A stretch of DNA of 64,000 nucleotides from Nitrosarchaeum sp. (lineage in GTDB: Archaea; Thermoproteota; Nitrososphaeria; Nitrososphaerales; Nitrosopumilaceae), in assembly GCA_965223865.1 (NCBI GenBank), contig OZ245020.1:96001-160000 (forward strand), in the 5' to 3' direction. Position numbers and translations under genes: made by a program. Each line of letters opens with the position of its first letter. The first letter of the stretch is position 1. The notes under the pieces were generated by a model. That model saw only the letters and a program-made list of their open reading frames with translations. It ran no database searches and had not been told where the DNA came from. Below are positions 50,390-59,781 of the stretch, one piece after another.

Positions 50390-51880
50390 ATGCAATTATT
50401 TAATTGGAAACACGACACATTGACTATGATGAAGGAAGTTATTTTTGCAGTAATACTATTGTCTATATTTCCAGTAGCATATGCACAGGATTATCCAGAA
50501 TATGGGGTACGAGTAGAAACTGTGGCTGATAACCTATCAATTCCATGGAGCATTGATTTTGCTCCTGATAATAGAATATTTTTCACTGAGAGAACAGGAA
50601 ATCTTCGGGTAATAGAGGATGGTCAGGTGCTTCCACCAATAATGTCCCTTGATGTTGCAGGTGGAGAGGGAGGACTGTTAGGTATTGCCCTTGATCCGGA
50701 TTTTGAGGAAAATCATTTTCTTTATCTATATTTTACATATAACGAATTTTTTGAAACAAAAAACAAGGTTGTAAGATATGTTGAATCTAACAGTTCTCTT
50801 AGAGAAGATAAGACAATTCAGGAACCTTTTGCAGGGGCCTCATACCATGATGGTGGTAGGTTAAAGTTCGGACCTGATGGAAAACTATACATCACAACAG
50901 GGGATGCAGGAAATCCAGACGCATCACAAAATAAAGAAACGGTTGTTGGAAAAATTCTCAGAATAAATTCAGATGGCACTATTCCTACTGATAATCCATT
51001 TGGAACTGCAGTTTATTCATGGGGTCACAGAAATCCGCAGGGCATAGACTGGGATGCAAATGGTAAAATGCTTGCAACAGAACATGGTCCATCTGGATGG
51101 AGAGGAGTAGCACATGATGAAATCAACGAGATTCTTCCTGGAGGCAACTATGGATGGCCCGACATTATAGGTGATGAGAAAAAGCAGAACATGATAAATC
51201 CGATATTGCATTCAGGGGATGATACATGGGCTCCATCTGGAGCTACATTTTACTATGGTGAAAAAATTCCACAGTGGACTGGAAAGTTTTTTGTTGCAAC
51301 ACTTAGAGGAGAACACCTTCACATGATATCTTTTGAACAAAATGAAATTTCATCTCATGAAAAATTATTTCTTGGAGACTATGGCCGACTACGAGATGTA
51401 GTAGAGGGTCCTGATGAATATCTTTACTTGCTTACAAGCAACAGGGATGGACGTGGCAGTCCTGAAGTAAATGATGATAAAATTCTAAGAATTGTGCCAA
51501 TTCCAGTTATTAACAGTTTTGAGCAGTGTGTTGATGCAGGAAATCCCGTAATGGAATCATACCCAAGACAATGCAGAACACAAGATGGAAAGCATTTTGT
51601 CGAGGATATTTCAAAAATTCCAGACTGGGTAAGGAAAACTGCAAAATGGTGGTCTCTAACACAAATTTCTGATCAGGACTTTGCATTGAGTCTTGAATAT
51701 CTCATAAATCAAAGAATCATCATAATTCCAAAAGAAACAGCATCTGAAGGCAATCCAGAATCACAATTACCTTCTTGGCTTCGAGAAAATGCAGGATGGT
51801 GGAGCCAGGAATTGATAGATGATGATGAATTTTTCAGAGGAATCCAGTGGATGATAAATAATGGATTTATCAAAATCTAG
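50390..51880 (+). CDS. PQQ-dependent glucose/sorbosone dehydrogenase with C-terminal 'W...AxWW' modules
   Basis: GGLLGIALDPDF, HDGGRLKFGPDG, GHRNPQG, GNYGWP, GRLRDV. Confidence 0.88.
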   Translation: MQLFNWKHDTLTMMKEVIFAVILLSIFPVAYAQDYPEYGVRVETVADNLSIPWSIDFAPDNRIFFTERTGNLRVIEDGQVLPPIMSLDVAGGEGGLLGIALDPDFEENHFLYLYFTYNEFFETKNKVVRYVESNSSLREDKTIQEPFAGASYHDGGRLKFGPDGKLYITTGDAGNPDASQNKETVVGKILRINSDGTIPTDNPFGTAVYSWGHRNPQGIDWDANGKMLATEHGPSGWRGVAHDEINEILPGGNYGWPDIIGDEKKQNMINPILHSGDDTWAPSGATFYYGEKIPQWTGKFFVATLRGEHLHMISFEQNEISSHEKLFLGDYGRLRDVVEGPDEYLYLLTSNRDGRGSPEVNDDKILRIVPIPVINSFEQCVDAGNPVMESYPRQCRTQDGKHFVEDISKIPDWVRKTAKWWSLTQISDQDFALSLEYLINQRIIIIPKETASEGNPESQLPSWLRENAGWWSQELIDDDEFFRGIQWMINNGFIKI

Positions 51881-52263
51881 ATGCTAGCCTGATTTATTCT
51901 CCTTTGGGATAGGCGGAATATGGATGAATACAACTTGTCTTTTCTTTCTTAGACGAAACATAAAACCAATAATACAAAATTTGGTTATAAAGCTCAAGTA
52001 GGAGTTATCTTTTATCCATTTGAGATTTTTTTCTTTCAGCAAGAAATGATTACTTTGATTGCATTCCTGCAACAATTACTAAAAGAGCCAAAACTGCAAA
52101 ACAGGTTCAGAAAAATTAAGACTTGAAAACTTGCATTTGCAAAAAAGTGTCAGAAAAGATCATAATTTTCTAGTACAACCGTAGAATGTACCAATTCCTT
52201 TTTTATCAGAAATGACTAAACCCAAATACTAACAGGCTGTTCACGTCGTTTATCTTGCCAAAA

Positions 52264-52675
52264 ATAACCTGACCAGTTATCTGCCTGACTGCAACGAGGA
52301 GTCATTCTAATGCAGTCAGGTACATTCATCAAATGTACCAATTGTGTTTATAATCTTAATTTAGCAGTAAAGATGTCTGTACAAGTCATCTCATGGTTGT
52401 ATGAAGACATCCCAACTATACAACCAGGGTATTTTTCATAATACTCTCCCAGAAATATTACAAATTCCTTCAACTGCAAATACAAGGCCGGAATGTAATT
52501 TCTTAGTTAAGGATCTCCTTTTTATTTTGGTACGACCTATATTATATAGAAAGCTGACACAATCTCCTATTGTCAAAAGTTGGCGATTGTTTACCGGTCT
52601 GAGCATAAAGGCAGGGCTGCGTAAAGGTTGTTCCGCACTAGTCAGCTTTCGAATTTTTACTGAATGTAAGTTAAT
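52264..52675 (-). ncRNA. Candidate large structured ncRNA with pseudoknot
   Basis: At least 7 stems of 7-14 bp and a loop-tail pseudoknot; TTAAATAGC TATA at 52703-52695. Confidence 0.5.
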
Positions 52676-52778
52676 TTTTGAAGTTTATGATTAAGCTATT
52701 TAAGACTCAAAACACATCAAGCGATCAAAAATTAATTTTCACACCCCAGGCTAAATTAAGAATTTTAAATCAACTATC

Positions 52779-52943
52779 ATGAGTGAAATGCAGTTAGGAG
52801 ACAGGATAAAGATGGCACATACCATTAAGGTTAGAAAAGCAATGAGAAGAAATCTAGCACTTGAAGTAAGCTGGTATGATGTTCATGGAGAATCTCACAC
52901 ACAAGAATTTTCAGTTAAAGAAGGTTCAACAATAGAGTTTTAA
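52779..52943 (+). CDS. 54-aa hypothetical microprotein (not in ORF track)
   Basis: MSEMQLGDRIKMAHTIKVRK...EGSTIEF*; T-rich terminator follows. Confidence 0.65.
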   Translation: MSEMQLGDRIKMAHTIKVRKAMRRNLALEVSWYDVHGESHTQEFSVKEGSTIEF

Positions 52944-53066
52944 CTCTTCTTTTTTTGTTTTTAAAAAAATTATCAATAAATCTTGGATTTTTTATAAAAA
53001 AAATCAAATGCTGATAAAATTATTCTAGGAAAAAGAGTTTTTATCATAGTGTAAAATTGACAGATT

Positions 53067-53222
53067 ATGGCAAAACGCATTACAATAATGTTAGACGACG
53101 ATTTGGTCACAAAGATAAGACAAAAACAAGCAAAGATGATTCAAAAAGAAAACAAATCTGTCAGTTTCTCAAAGGTAATAAATCTGATTATAGAAGATTC
53201 ACTAAAAAAGAAAACTAGTTAG
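53067..53222 (+). CDS. Ribbon-helix-helix-like microprotein (not in ORF track)
   Basis: MAKRITIMLDDDLVTKIR...SVSFSKVIN. Confidence 0.7.
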   Translation: MAKRITIMLDDDLVTKIRQKQAKMIQKENKSVSFSKVINLIIEDSLKKKTS

Positions 53223-53279
53223 TAACTAAAATCAACTTTAAACAATTCTTGTAGTATTGACAAATCCAAAGGTAAAAAA

Positions 53280-54563
53280 TCACGTGTTGTTCCAAACATA
53301 GTCAAACAAATCAATGCACCAAGAGATGAAATCCTGATTTCTGCTAAACATCAAATTGTTATCATCAATGGTTCCATCCTGATTTAAAAATCCCAGGCAG
53401 GCAGATTTATCTGAAACGCCTAAAATAATGGGAATGTTTTTTGCAATTTTTCCTTTAAAGCTTCCATACAGCATAGATTTTTCTGATTCAAGTTTTTTTG
53501 TTAAATTTTGCCAATTGGGAGAATTGACGGTATTATTATCTGATATATGAGATATTTTGATCTTTTTTTTCATTAGTTTTGAGACTGTAGGAAATTCTAA
53601 GTTAAAGTAATTTTTTAGTATAATCAGTTTTACAAATTCTTTTGAATCGTTAAAAAAAGTATTGAGTCTTTCTTCTTTTCCTGAGACCATTTCAAATTCT
53701 TGTAAATCTCCTATTCTTTGTAAAAACTGTATTGGAATTAACGACAGATTATGGGTTTTAAAATATTCACGTTTTTCAAATAAAAATTGAATTGAGGGAA
53801 TCTGTTTTGCAACTACAAAACCAAGTTCTGTAAGTGAAACATTACCATCTGATTTTTTTTCAATGATATCTAATTCAATTAATTTTGGAAAATGTTTTTG
53901 AAGTGCTTGGAGAGTCATGTTCAATTTTTTAGCAAGTTGAGAGAGTGTCATGTTTTGTTCATATAAATAAAAAATCATAGATCGACGAATTTCATTATCT
54001 AGGGCAGAAAAAATATCAAGTTTTTGTTGATTTGATTTGTTTTTAATCTCTCTAATTTTTTGTTTAGCAGGGGTTGCAGTTTTCCATAAACTATCAAAAA
54101 AATTTTGTTGTTGTTCTACAACATCAATGACATTACTATATACCACTTGAGTTAGGGGTTTTGATTCGTGAAGAATATTGGTTGCCATGTACTCAGTTTC
54201 ACTTATTGCAGTACCTCCTTTGATATTGTCAAGATGTCGCATTTCATCAACAATATCCATCAAGTCTTTACAATATTCTATGTTCTCTTTGGTAACTTCT
54301 GTAATTACTCTAATTTTTCCTCCTCTTTTTCTAATTTCGATATACCCATTCTTGTACTGATCTACGTTTAGAACTATTGATGGGGCCTTGCTGTCATAAC
54401 ATAGGTCCATTTTCTTGTTGATTTTTTGCATAAATTCTACTCCTTTTGCAACAGCGTCTTTGGTACCATAGATGATTTTCATTGTATCATTAACACGAGA
54501 ATAATTAGAAATAGCCAATTCGTTACTTTTTTGATCAAATTTGGAATCTTGAGATTTGCTCAT
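53280..54563 (-). CDS. Multi-domain regulator (sensor-like N-terminus, ArsR-type wHTH, DUF1724/FilR1-like C-terminus)
   Basis: ITEVTKENI..C...EMRHLD; FSALDNEIRR HTH; terminal WCIDLFDYVW. Confidence 0.75.
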   Translation of the reverse strand: MSKSQDSKFDQKSNELAISNYSRVNDTMKIIYGTKDAVAKGVEFMQKINKKMDLCYDSKAPSIVLNVDQYKNGYIEIRKRGGKIRVITEVTKENIEYCKDLMDIVDEMRHLDNIKGGTAISETEYMATNILHESKPLTQVVYSNVIDVVEQQQNFFDSLWKTATPAKQKIREIKNKSNQQKLDIFSALDNEIRRSMIFYLYEQNMTLSQLAKKLNMTLQALQKHFPKLIELDIIEKKSDGNVSLTELGFVVAKQIPSIQFLFEKREYFKTHNLSLIPIQFLQRIGDLQEFEMVSGKEERLNTFFNDSKEFVKLIILKNYFNLEFPTVSKLMKKKIKISHISDNNTVNSPNWQNLTKKLESEKSMLYGSFKGKIAKNIPIILGVSDKSACLGFLNQDGTIDDNNLMFSRNQDFISWCIDLFDYVWNNT

Positions 54564-54724
54564 AAAAGTTTCAGACGTCAGAAATATTAAAAAACATTCA
54601 TTTTTTCAAAGAATATTTTGTCAAAAACTTCCATGTCCGAAGGTAAAAATTGATTTTTTTAAAAAAAATCAATGATCTTGTTTTTTAGGTACTACTAAAC
54701 CAAGTGGTTTACTAGTATTCTTTT

Positions 54725-55033
54725 TTGTTGTTAATTATTTTTATCATTAGACCAAAAAAATCCTTTGTGAAACTTGGATCTCGTTTTTGTGATACCTGTC
54801 AGTGTGAGATAAATGATGATTTATGCAGATTTTTTATTTTGAAGGATGTGGATGATAATCCCAGAGTATTGCACTTTCATTATTTTTTTCCTTGTTGGGA
54901 TTTTGAGATGTTCTGCCAAAAATATCCTAATCTAGAATTCATCAAAGGTGGATTTGATTGTGATGAAAAAATTTCTCATAATCCTAATTATGTAAAAAAT
55001 TTACAATCAAATCTAGAAATGTGGTTATCATAG
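54725..55033 (+). CDS. Hypothetical Cys/His protein (likely GTG start 54767)
   Basis: CDTC...HFHYFFPCWD. Confidence 0.6.
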   Translation: MLLIIFIIRPKKSFVKLGSRFCDTCQCEINDDLCRFFILKDVDDNPRVLHFHYFFPCWDFEMFCQKYPNLEFIKGGFDCDEKISHNPNYVKNLQSNLEMWLS

Positions 55034-55180
55034 ATTCAATTTACATCATAAAACAATATTAATAATTCTGGATCTTTTTAGGAATTCAATTTTTATCCTT
55101 AATGACTTGTGGTTTACTTCAAAGTAATCATTCCTAAAAATTAGATTTTATGAAATAAAATTATACAGTTCCTAGTATAT

Positions 55181-55354
55181 CTAGGAACGAGATTTTGTTC
55201 TGAGTATGGCACTGCAACATGGACATCTGACTGAATTAACATCCATAAACAGTCCACAGAATGTGCATCTCTTCTGGCCAAGTGAATACCTTAAACCATT
55301 TCTTACGGGCTTGCCTTCAAACTGATAGCAAAGTCCTCTACAGCTTCGAGCCAT
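55181..55354 (-). CDS. Cys-rich zinc-finger microprotein
   Basis: MARSCRGLC...KRCTFC...RCPCC..LRT. Confidence 0.75.
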   Translation of the reverse strand: MARSCRGLCYQFEGKPVRNGLRYSLGQKRCTFCGLFMDVNSVRCPCCSAILRTKSRS

Positions 55355-55542
55355 TAGAGACTTCCCCTTATCAATGAATTGTGGCAGCAGGGACATCTAT
55401 GATATTTTGAGATTAGGTAATCATCACATACTGAGCACCACTTTTTGTAAATAGAAGTGCCTGATTTTCTAAATGATGCATCTGCTTGATAATACTTGCA
55501 AATGTTAGAACAGAAATTTGTACTCATATCGCTTACCTCCAT
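55354..55542 (-). CDS. Cys-rich zinc-finger microprotein, paralog of the neighbour
   Basis: CSNIC...KWCSVC...RCPCC. Confidence 0.7.
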   Translation of the reverse strand: MEVSDMSTNFCSNICKYYQADASFRKSGTSIYKKWCSVCDDYLISKYHRCPCCHNSLIRGSL

Positions 55543-55740
55543 TTAGCAGGCGCAAGCCTCCTCCCGTTGGAATTTAGAGTCACAGTCTTTACAGTATATT
55601 CCGTAATTGTCGATCTTGACTCCTATATTACCACATGTAACGCAAATCCTGATTGCGTTATTTACAACCCTTTTTTTCTGTTCAAATTCATATGTACTTC
55701 CTAAATTGCTATGGCTATTCATGCTTCTATTAGGAATCAT
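55543..55740 (-). CDS. Zinc-ribbon microprotein (start probably ATG 55722)
   Basis: CVTCG...CKDC...CAC. Confidence 0.6.
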   Translation of the reverse strand: MIPNRSMNSHSNLGSTYEFEQKKRVVNNAIRICVTCGNIGVKIDNYGIYCKDCDSKFQREEACAC

Positions 55741-55780
55741 TCCTATTAAAGTGTTATTATTTATTCAGAATAATTCCTAA
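55731..55780. promoter_or_regulatory. Fur/PerR-box-like 7-1-7 palindromes
   Basis: TAGGAAT-C-ATTCCTA (55731-55745) and CAGAAT-A-ATTCCTA (~55766-55779) upstream of the Fur-family gene. Confidence 0.55.
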
Positions 55781-55821
55781 TAATAAATAAATATTAAATA
55801 CAGAGAACTAGAAAAAATATC

Positions 55822-56244
55822 ATGCAGTTAGAACAAATTGTTACCTCACTTAGAGAAGAAGGGCATAGAATCACTCCTCAGAGAATAGCAATAATGGATT
55901 ATCTGCTGCATACTGATGACCATCCAAGTGCCGAGAGGGTTCACAACATTGTAAGGAAGAGATATCCAATGGTAAGCCTCTCAACTGTTTACAAAACACT
56001 AGATCTTCTAAGAGAAAAGAAACTTGTAAACGAGATTGAAGTTGAAGGAGAGGCAAGATTTGATGCACATGTTGATGAGCACATAAATCTGGTATGTCTT
56101 AACTGTGGAAAAATAGATGACATTGATGAGAAAGCACTAAAGAATATTCAGACAAAGATCTCAAAAAAATCAGAATATCTCATCATTAAAGGAAGTTTTG
56201 AGATGCATGGTTACTGTAGTAGATGTAAATTAAAATTCGAATAA
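55822..56244 (+). CDS. Fur-family regulator (PerR-like)
   Basis: RITPQR, HPSAE, STVYKTL, CLNCG, C..C. Confidence 0.92.
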   Translation: MQLEQIVTSLREEGHRITPQRIAIMDYLLHTDDHPSAERVHNIVRKRYPMVSLSTVYKTLDLLREKKLVNEIEVEGEARFDAHVDEHINLVCLNCGKIDDIDEKALKNIQTKISKKSEYLIIKGSFEMHGYCSRCKLKFE

Positions 56245-56565
56245 ACTTTAGGTTCAATTATAGATAATTTCATTTTCAATCTTCAATAAATTAAGAATAT
56301 TTTTTTTGTACATTTAGAAAACTTTCTTTTGTTGCATCACAAAAAAAATTCAATGTTGGGAAGTTAATTTTCTACTGGTTCTCAAATAAAATGAGGAACT
56401 CATTCGTGATATAACAATGAGAATAATTCTAGAAGTCAATGCATATCTGCTCTTAATAGAAGATACTGATAAAAGGAAATTCTAGGAGGATTCATTAGAC
56501 AGGATACACAGCGGAGTAGAACAATAGTCTTTCAGAATTTAAGATTAATAGAACAAAATTTAATG

Positions 56566-56692
56566 GCGTAACCCTTTTTTCGCAGAACTATGAGAGATTT
56601 CCTCTCTTTGTCAGGTCGTCATGACGCCTGATTGCCATTTTCGTTCTGCAGGGCTACGCGGTCTATTTGAAGTCTAGGATGCCTAGTGACAT
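56566..56692 (-). ncRNA. Candidate ~125-nt multibranch structured RNA
   Basis: Nested stems GCGTAGCCC/GGGTTACGC, TGCAGAAC/GTTCTGCG, TCAGG/CCTGA, GAGAG/CTCTC; TTAAATAGC at 56721-56713. Confidence 0.55.
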
Positions 56693-56902
56693 CGATTTAA
56701 TTTGTCAAATGTGCTATTTAATATCTAATACAGGAATTTTGAACATTTGTTTAGTTTAGAAATTGCTCTGATCTGGATCTAGGTGAGGGCAATTTGTTTC
56801 TCAGTTTACAGATTATTTGATCTGACAGAATAAACAATTTCAATATATTAAAAATCAAATATTTCGAAACTACTTTAAACTGGATAAAAATCAAAAAGAA
56901 TC

Positions 56903-57157
56903 ATGTTATCATACATGCTTCTAAATTGTAGTCCAGGTTCCGAATCTGAGGTAATTTCTGAAATAAGTAATCTTCCAGGAGTGATAGAGGTAAATGGCGT
57001 ATTGGGAAAATATGATGTATTTGTAAAAATATCAGCAGATAATCCTGATGCCATGGAAATAACGGTTTCACAAATAAGAAAAGTAAAGATGGTAAGCAGC
57101 CACACATTACCTGTGGTGTATGGCCAGGGTGGGACAATAGATAAAGAAATCAACTAG
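56903..57157 (+). CDS. Lrp/AsnC ligand-binding (RAM) domain protein
   Basis: GV.EV.GV.GKYD..VKI...IRKV..V..SHTL. Confidence 0.85.
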   Translation: MLSYMLLNCSPGSESEVISEISNLPGVIEVNGVLGKYDVFVKISADNPDAMEITVSQIRKVKMVSSHTLPVVYGQGGTIDKEIN

Positions 57158-57304
57158 GCCTGAATTTGATTACTATGGTAGCTAGCAGCCTAAATTTTCA
57201 GCATACATGATAAAACTATTGAGATTCATAATCTGCATATTTGAAATTAATACCTCTTTGATTTTCTGCTAAAATAAAAAAGAGAAGATAACACCTACAG
57301 TAAA

Positions 57305-58087
57305 ATGAAAGTAAAGATTGGATGTACTGGTTGGAGTTATTCTGGTTGGTCTGGCACATTTTATCCAAAGGGTATGAAGAGTTCTGACTGGTTAAAATAT
57401 TATTCACAAATTTTTGACATTACTGAAATAAATTCAACTTTTTACAAGATACCTGATAAATCTATTACAAAGCGATGGCATGACGATACTCCAGATAACT
57501 TTAGGTTTACAGCAAAATTTCCAAAGATAATAACACATGAAAAAAGACTGAAAGACGTCAGTTCTGATGTGTTTTCATTTCTTGCTGCACTAACTCCACT
57601 TTATCAAAAAATTTCTGCTCTGGTTTTACAAATGCCTCCCTCTTTGTCATTTTATGAGGCAAAATCTAGGCTTGAGAGCTTATTTTCTTTATTGCCTGAT
57701 GATTTTTTGTATCCAATTGAAGGAAGACATGAATCCTGGTTCTCTGAGGAAGCAATAGACTATCTTAAAGAAAAAAATCTTTGCTTGGTTGGGAATGAAA
57801 TTGCAGGAGTCAATAATCCAAAGCCAGTTACATCTGATTACCTATATGTCAGATTAATCGGAGATCGCTCTATTTCTGATTCAGATTTTGGTATGGTATC
57901 AAAGGATAGAAGTGAATTGATAAAGTCATGGGCCAAAATCCTTCAATCACGAAATATTCCTCTTGCGTTGGTAATGGCAAATAATCATTTTGAAGGGTTT
58001 GGTCCAGCAACTGCAAACTCGTTAAGACTTGAGCTTGGAATGTCAGAACTGATCTGGGAAGAAAAAAAGCAAGCAAAACTAATCTAG
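57305..58087 (+). CDS. DUF72 family protein
   Basis: IGCTGWSY..W.G.FYP, EINSTFY, ITHEK, NNHFEG. Confidence 0.92.
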   Translation: MKVKIGCTGWSYSGWSGTFYPKGMKSSDWLKYYSQIFDITEINSTFYKIPDKSITKRWHDDTPDNFRFTAKFPKIITHEKRLKDVSSDVFSFLAALTPLYQKISALVLQMPPSLSFYEAKSRLESLFSLLPDDFLYPIEGRHESWFSEEAIDYLKEKNLCLVGNEIAGVNNPKPVTSDYLYVRLIGDRSISDSDFGMVSKDRSELIKSWAKILQSRNIPLALVMANNHFEGFGPATANSLRLELGMSELIWEEKKQAKLI

Positions 58088-58177
58088 CCAGTTTAACAAA
58101 AGTAAAATGAATTAAAAAAGATAAAAAAAATTCTAAAAATCCAGTTGATTAAAATACATAAAAATGTAAAAAACATT

Positions 58178-58279
58178 ATGAAGTGTTCTAGTTGTTCAAG
58201 GGATTTAGATGAGCATAATTTTGTTACCGCCTATTATTGTTATCAAAAGATAAAAATTCTAAAAGAAATGGCGAGCTAA
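58178..58279 (+). CDS. 33-aa CxxC-H-C microprotein (not in ORF track)
   Basis: MKCSSCSRDLDEH...YYCY. Confidence 0.5.
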   Translation: MKCSSCSRDLDEHNFVTAYYCYQKIKILKEMAS

Positions 58280-58393
58280 TACCATTTACCTTTTTTGAAA
58301 GAGTATGTCAAATACCATAAAAGGAACCAAGAAAAGATAATTCAAACCTAATATCATTTCAGTATTTGATTTATTCATTGGGGTAACTAATTT

Positions 58394-58918
58394 TTAAAAA
58401 CTGTTTAATCCAGTTCCGAAATAATATCCAGATAGAATTGTTCCACCAGACCAGACACAAGAGCCACAGAATGTGTACAAGACAAACTTTAGAATTTTCA
58501 TCCTTAGCAATCCAGCTGGAATTGAGATCATCTCTCTCATTACGGGAACTACTCTTCCAAAAAATACAGCCTTATCACCATACTTTTCAAACCATGCCTC
58601 AACTTTTTCCAGTTTTTTCTCTGAAACCCTAACTTTTTTGAGATATCTCAAAAGAATTGTTCTTCCAAGTTTTAATGCAATAAAATAGAGTGTAGAGGTA
58701 CCAATAGTAGCTCCTGCTGCACCCAATAATATCATAGGGATTACAGAAATAAGTGGCATTTGTTGTTGAGATGCCAAAAATCCTGCGGTAGGAAATATAG
58801 CAAGGGTAGGTACTGGTGGAACTATTGTCTCAATCAGCGCTGCAAGAAAAATTCCTTCGTATAGATGATCTCCTAAAAACTCTGAAATCCATATCAAAAA
58901 TGAATCTAGTAATTCCAA
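58394..58918 (-). CDS. DedA family membrane protein
   Basis: ETIVPPVP, GRVVPVMR..ISIPAG. Confidence 0.9.
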   Translation of the reverse strand: MELLDSFLIWISEFLGDHLYEGIFLAALIETIVPPVPTLAIFPTAGFLASQQQMPLISVIPMILLGAAGATIGTSTLYFIALKLGRTILLRYLKKVRVSEKKLEKVEAWFEKYGDKAVFFGRVVPVMREMISIPAGLLRMKILKFVLYTFCGSCVWSGGTILSGYYFGTGLNSF

Positions 58919-59287
58919 TATGATCTCAACATGCTCCCCATCTAAATTACTTTAAAAAAATTGTTGGCTAAATCAGAACACCCAATAATTCATGAATTAT
59001 TGGATTTGTTTTAACTTATCCTAGCACTAATGAGGCTTGGACATCAGATTCTAGTAATGAAATTGCTAATCTTGTAAATGCAATTGCAAAATGCCCGTTT
59101 GAGGTTGCAATTACTAATGCCAAAATTATTACAAGTGCTAATGTTAGTTTTGCAATAGTCAAATGATAAACAGTCAAAATATTATCAGTTTCGCGGTTTT
59201 TTTGCTAATGATTTCTTTGTTTTAGAAATTTTCAAATTATAACAAAAAACCAACTGAATTAATAATTAGAAAATATTTCCAGGAATA

Positions 59288-59704
59288 TTGAGCTATAATT
59301 TTTTAGATCATGCAACTGATGCAATAATTGAAGTAAGGGCAAAGGATCTGATAGAAGCATTTACAGTAACAGCTGATGCTGTCATAAACATTACACTAGA
59401 CCAAGACAAGGTAGAAGAAAAAGAAGAAAAAGAGATTGTGGCAAAAGGAAAAGATCTTAGATACCTCCTTTTTAGTTGGTTAGAAGAGATTACTTTTGTT
59501 CTGATAACTGAAGGGTTTGCAATAAGAAGAGTGAAGGTAGACGTTTCAGAACAAAATGGCTATACAATCAATGCAAAGGTGTTTGGAGAACCTCTTGACT
59601 TTAAAAAACATAATTTCAAGGTAGAAATCAAAGCTCCTACGTTTTATGACATGGAAATCAAGAAAAATAATGAAGTGTACATGAGATTTTTATTAGATTT
59701 ATGA
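59288..59704 (+). CDS. Archease
   Basis: FLDHATD...EIKAPTF...LDL. Confidence 0.92.
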   Translation: MSYNFLDHATDAIIEVRAKDLIEAFTVTADAVINITLDQDKVEEKEEKEIVAKGKDLRYLLFSWLEEITFVLITEGFAIRRVKVDVSEQNGYTINAKVFGEPLDFKKHNFKVEIKAPTFYDMEIKKNNEVYMRFLLDL

Positions 59705-59781
59705 TTTTGTGAATAATTCTTAGCAAAGAATGAGAAGAAGTTATACGCTTTTTTTAAAAACAGACAATTAAAACCAGTAAT

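Noticed and set aside
52401-52694. 97-aa plus-strand ORF
   Set aside because: Atypical composition and coincides with dense base-pairing; better explained as a non-coding structure, though not excluded.
59016-59162. 48-aa hydrophobic minus-strand ORF (TTG start)
   Set aside because: Plausible, but no motif or other support from the sequence alone.
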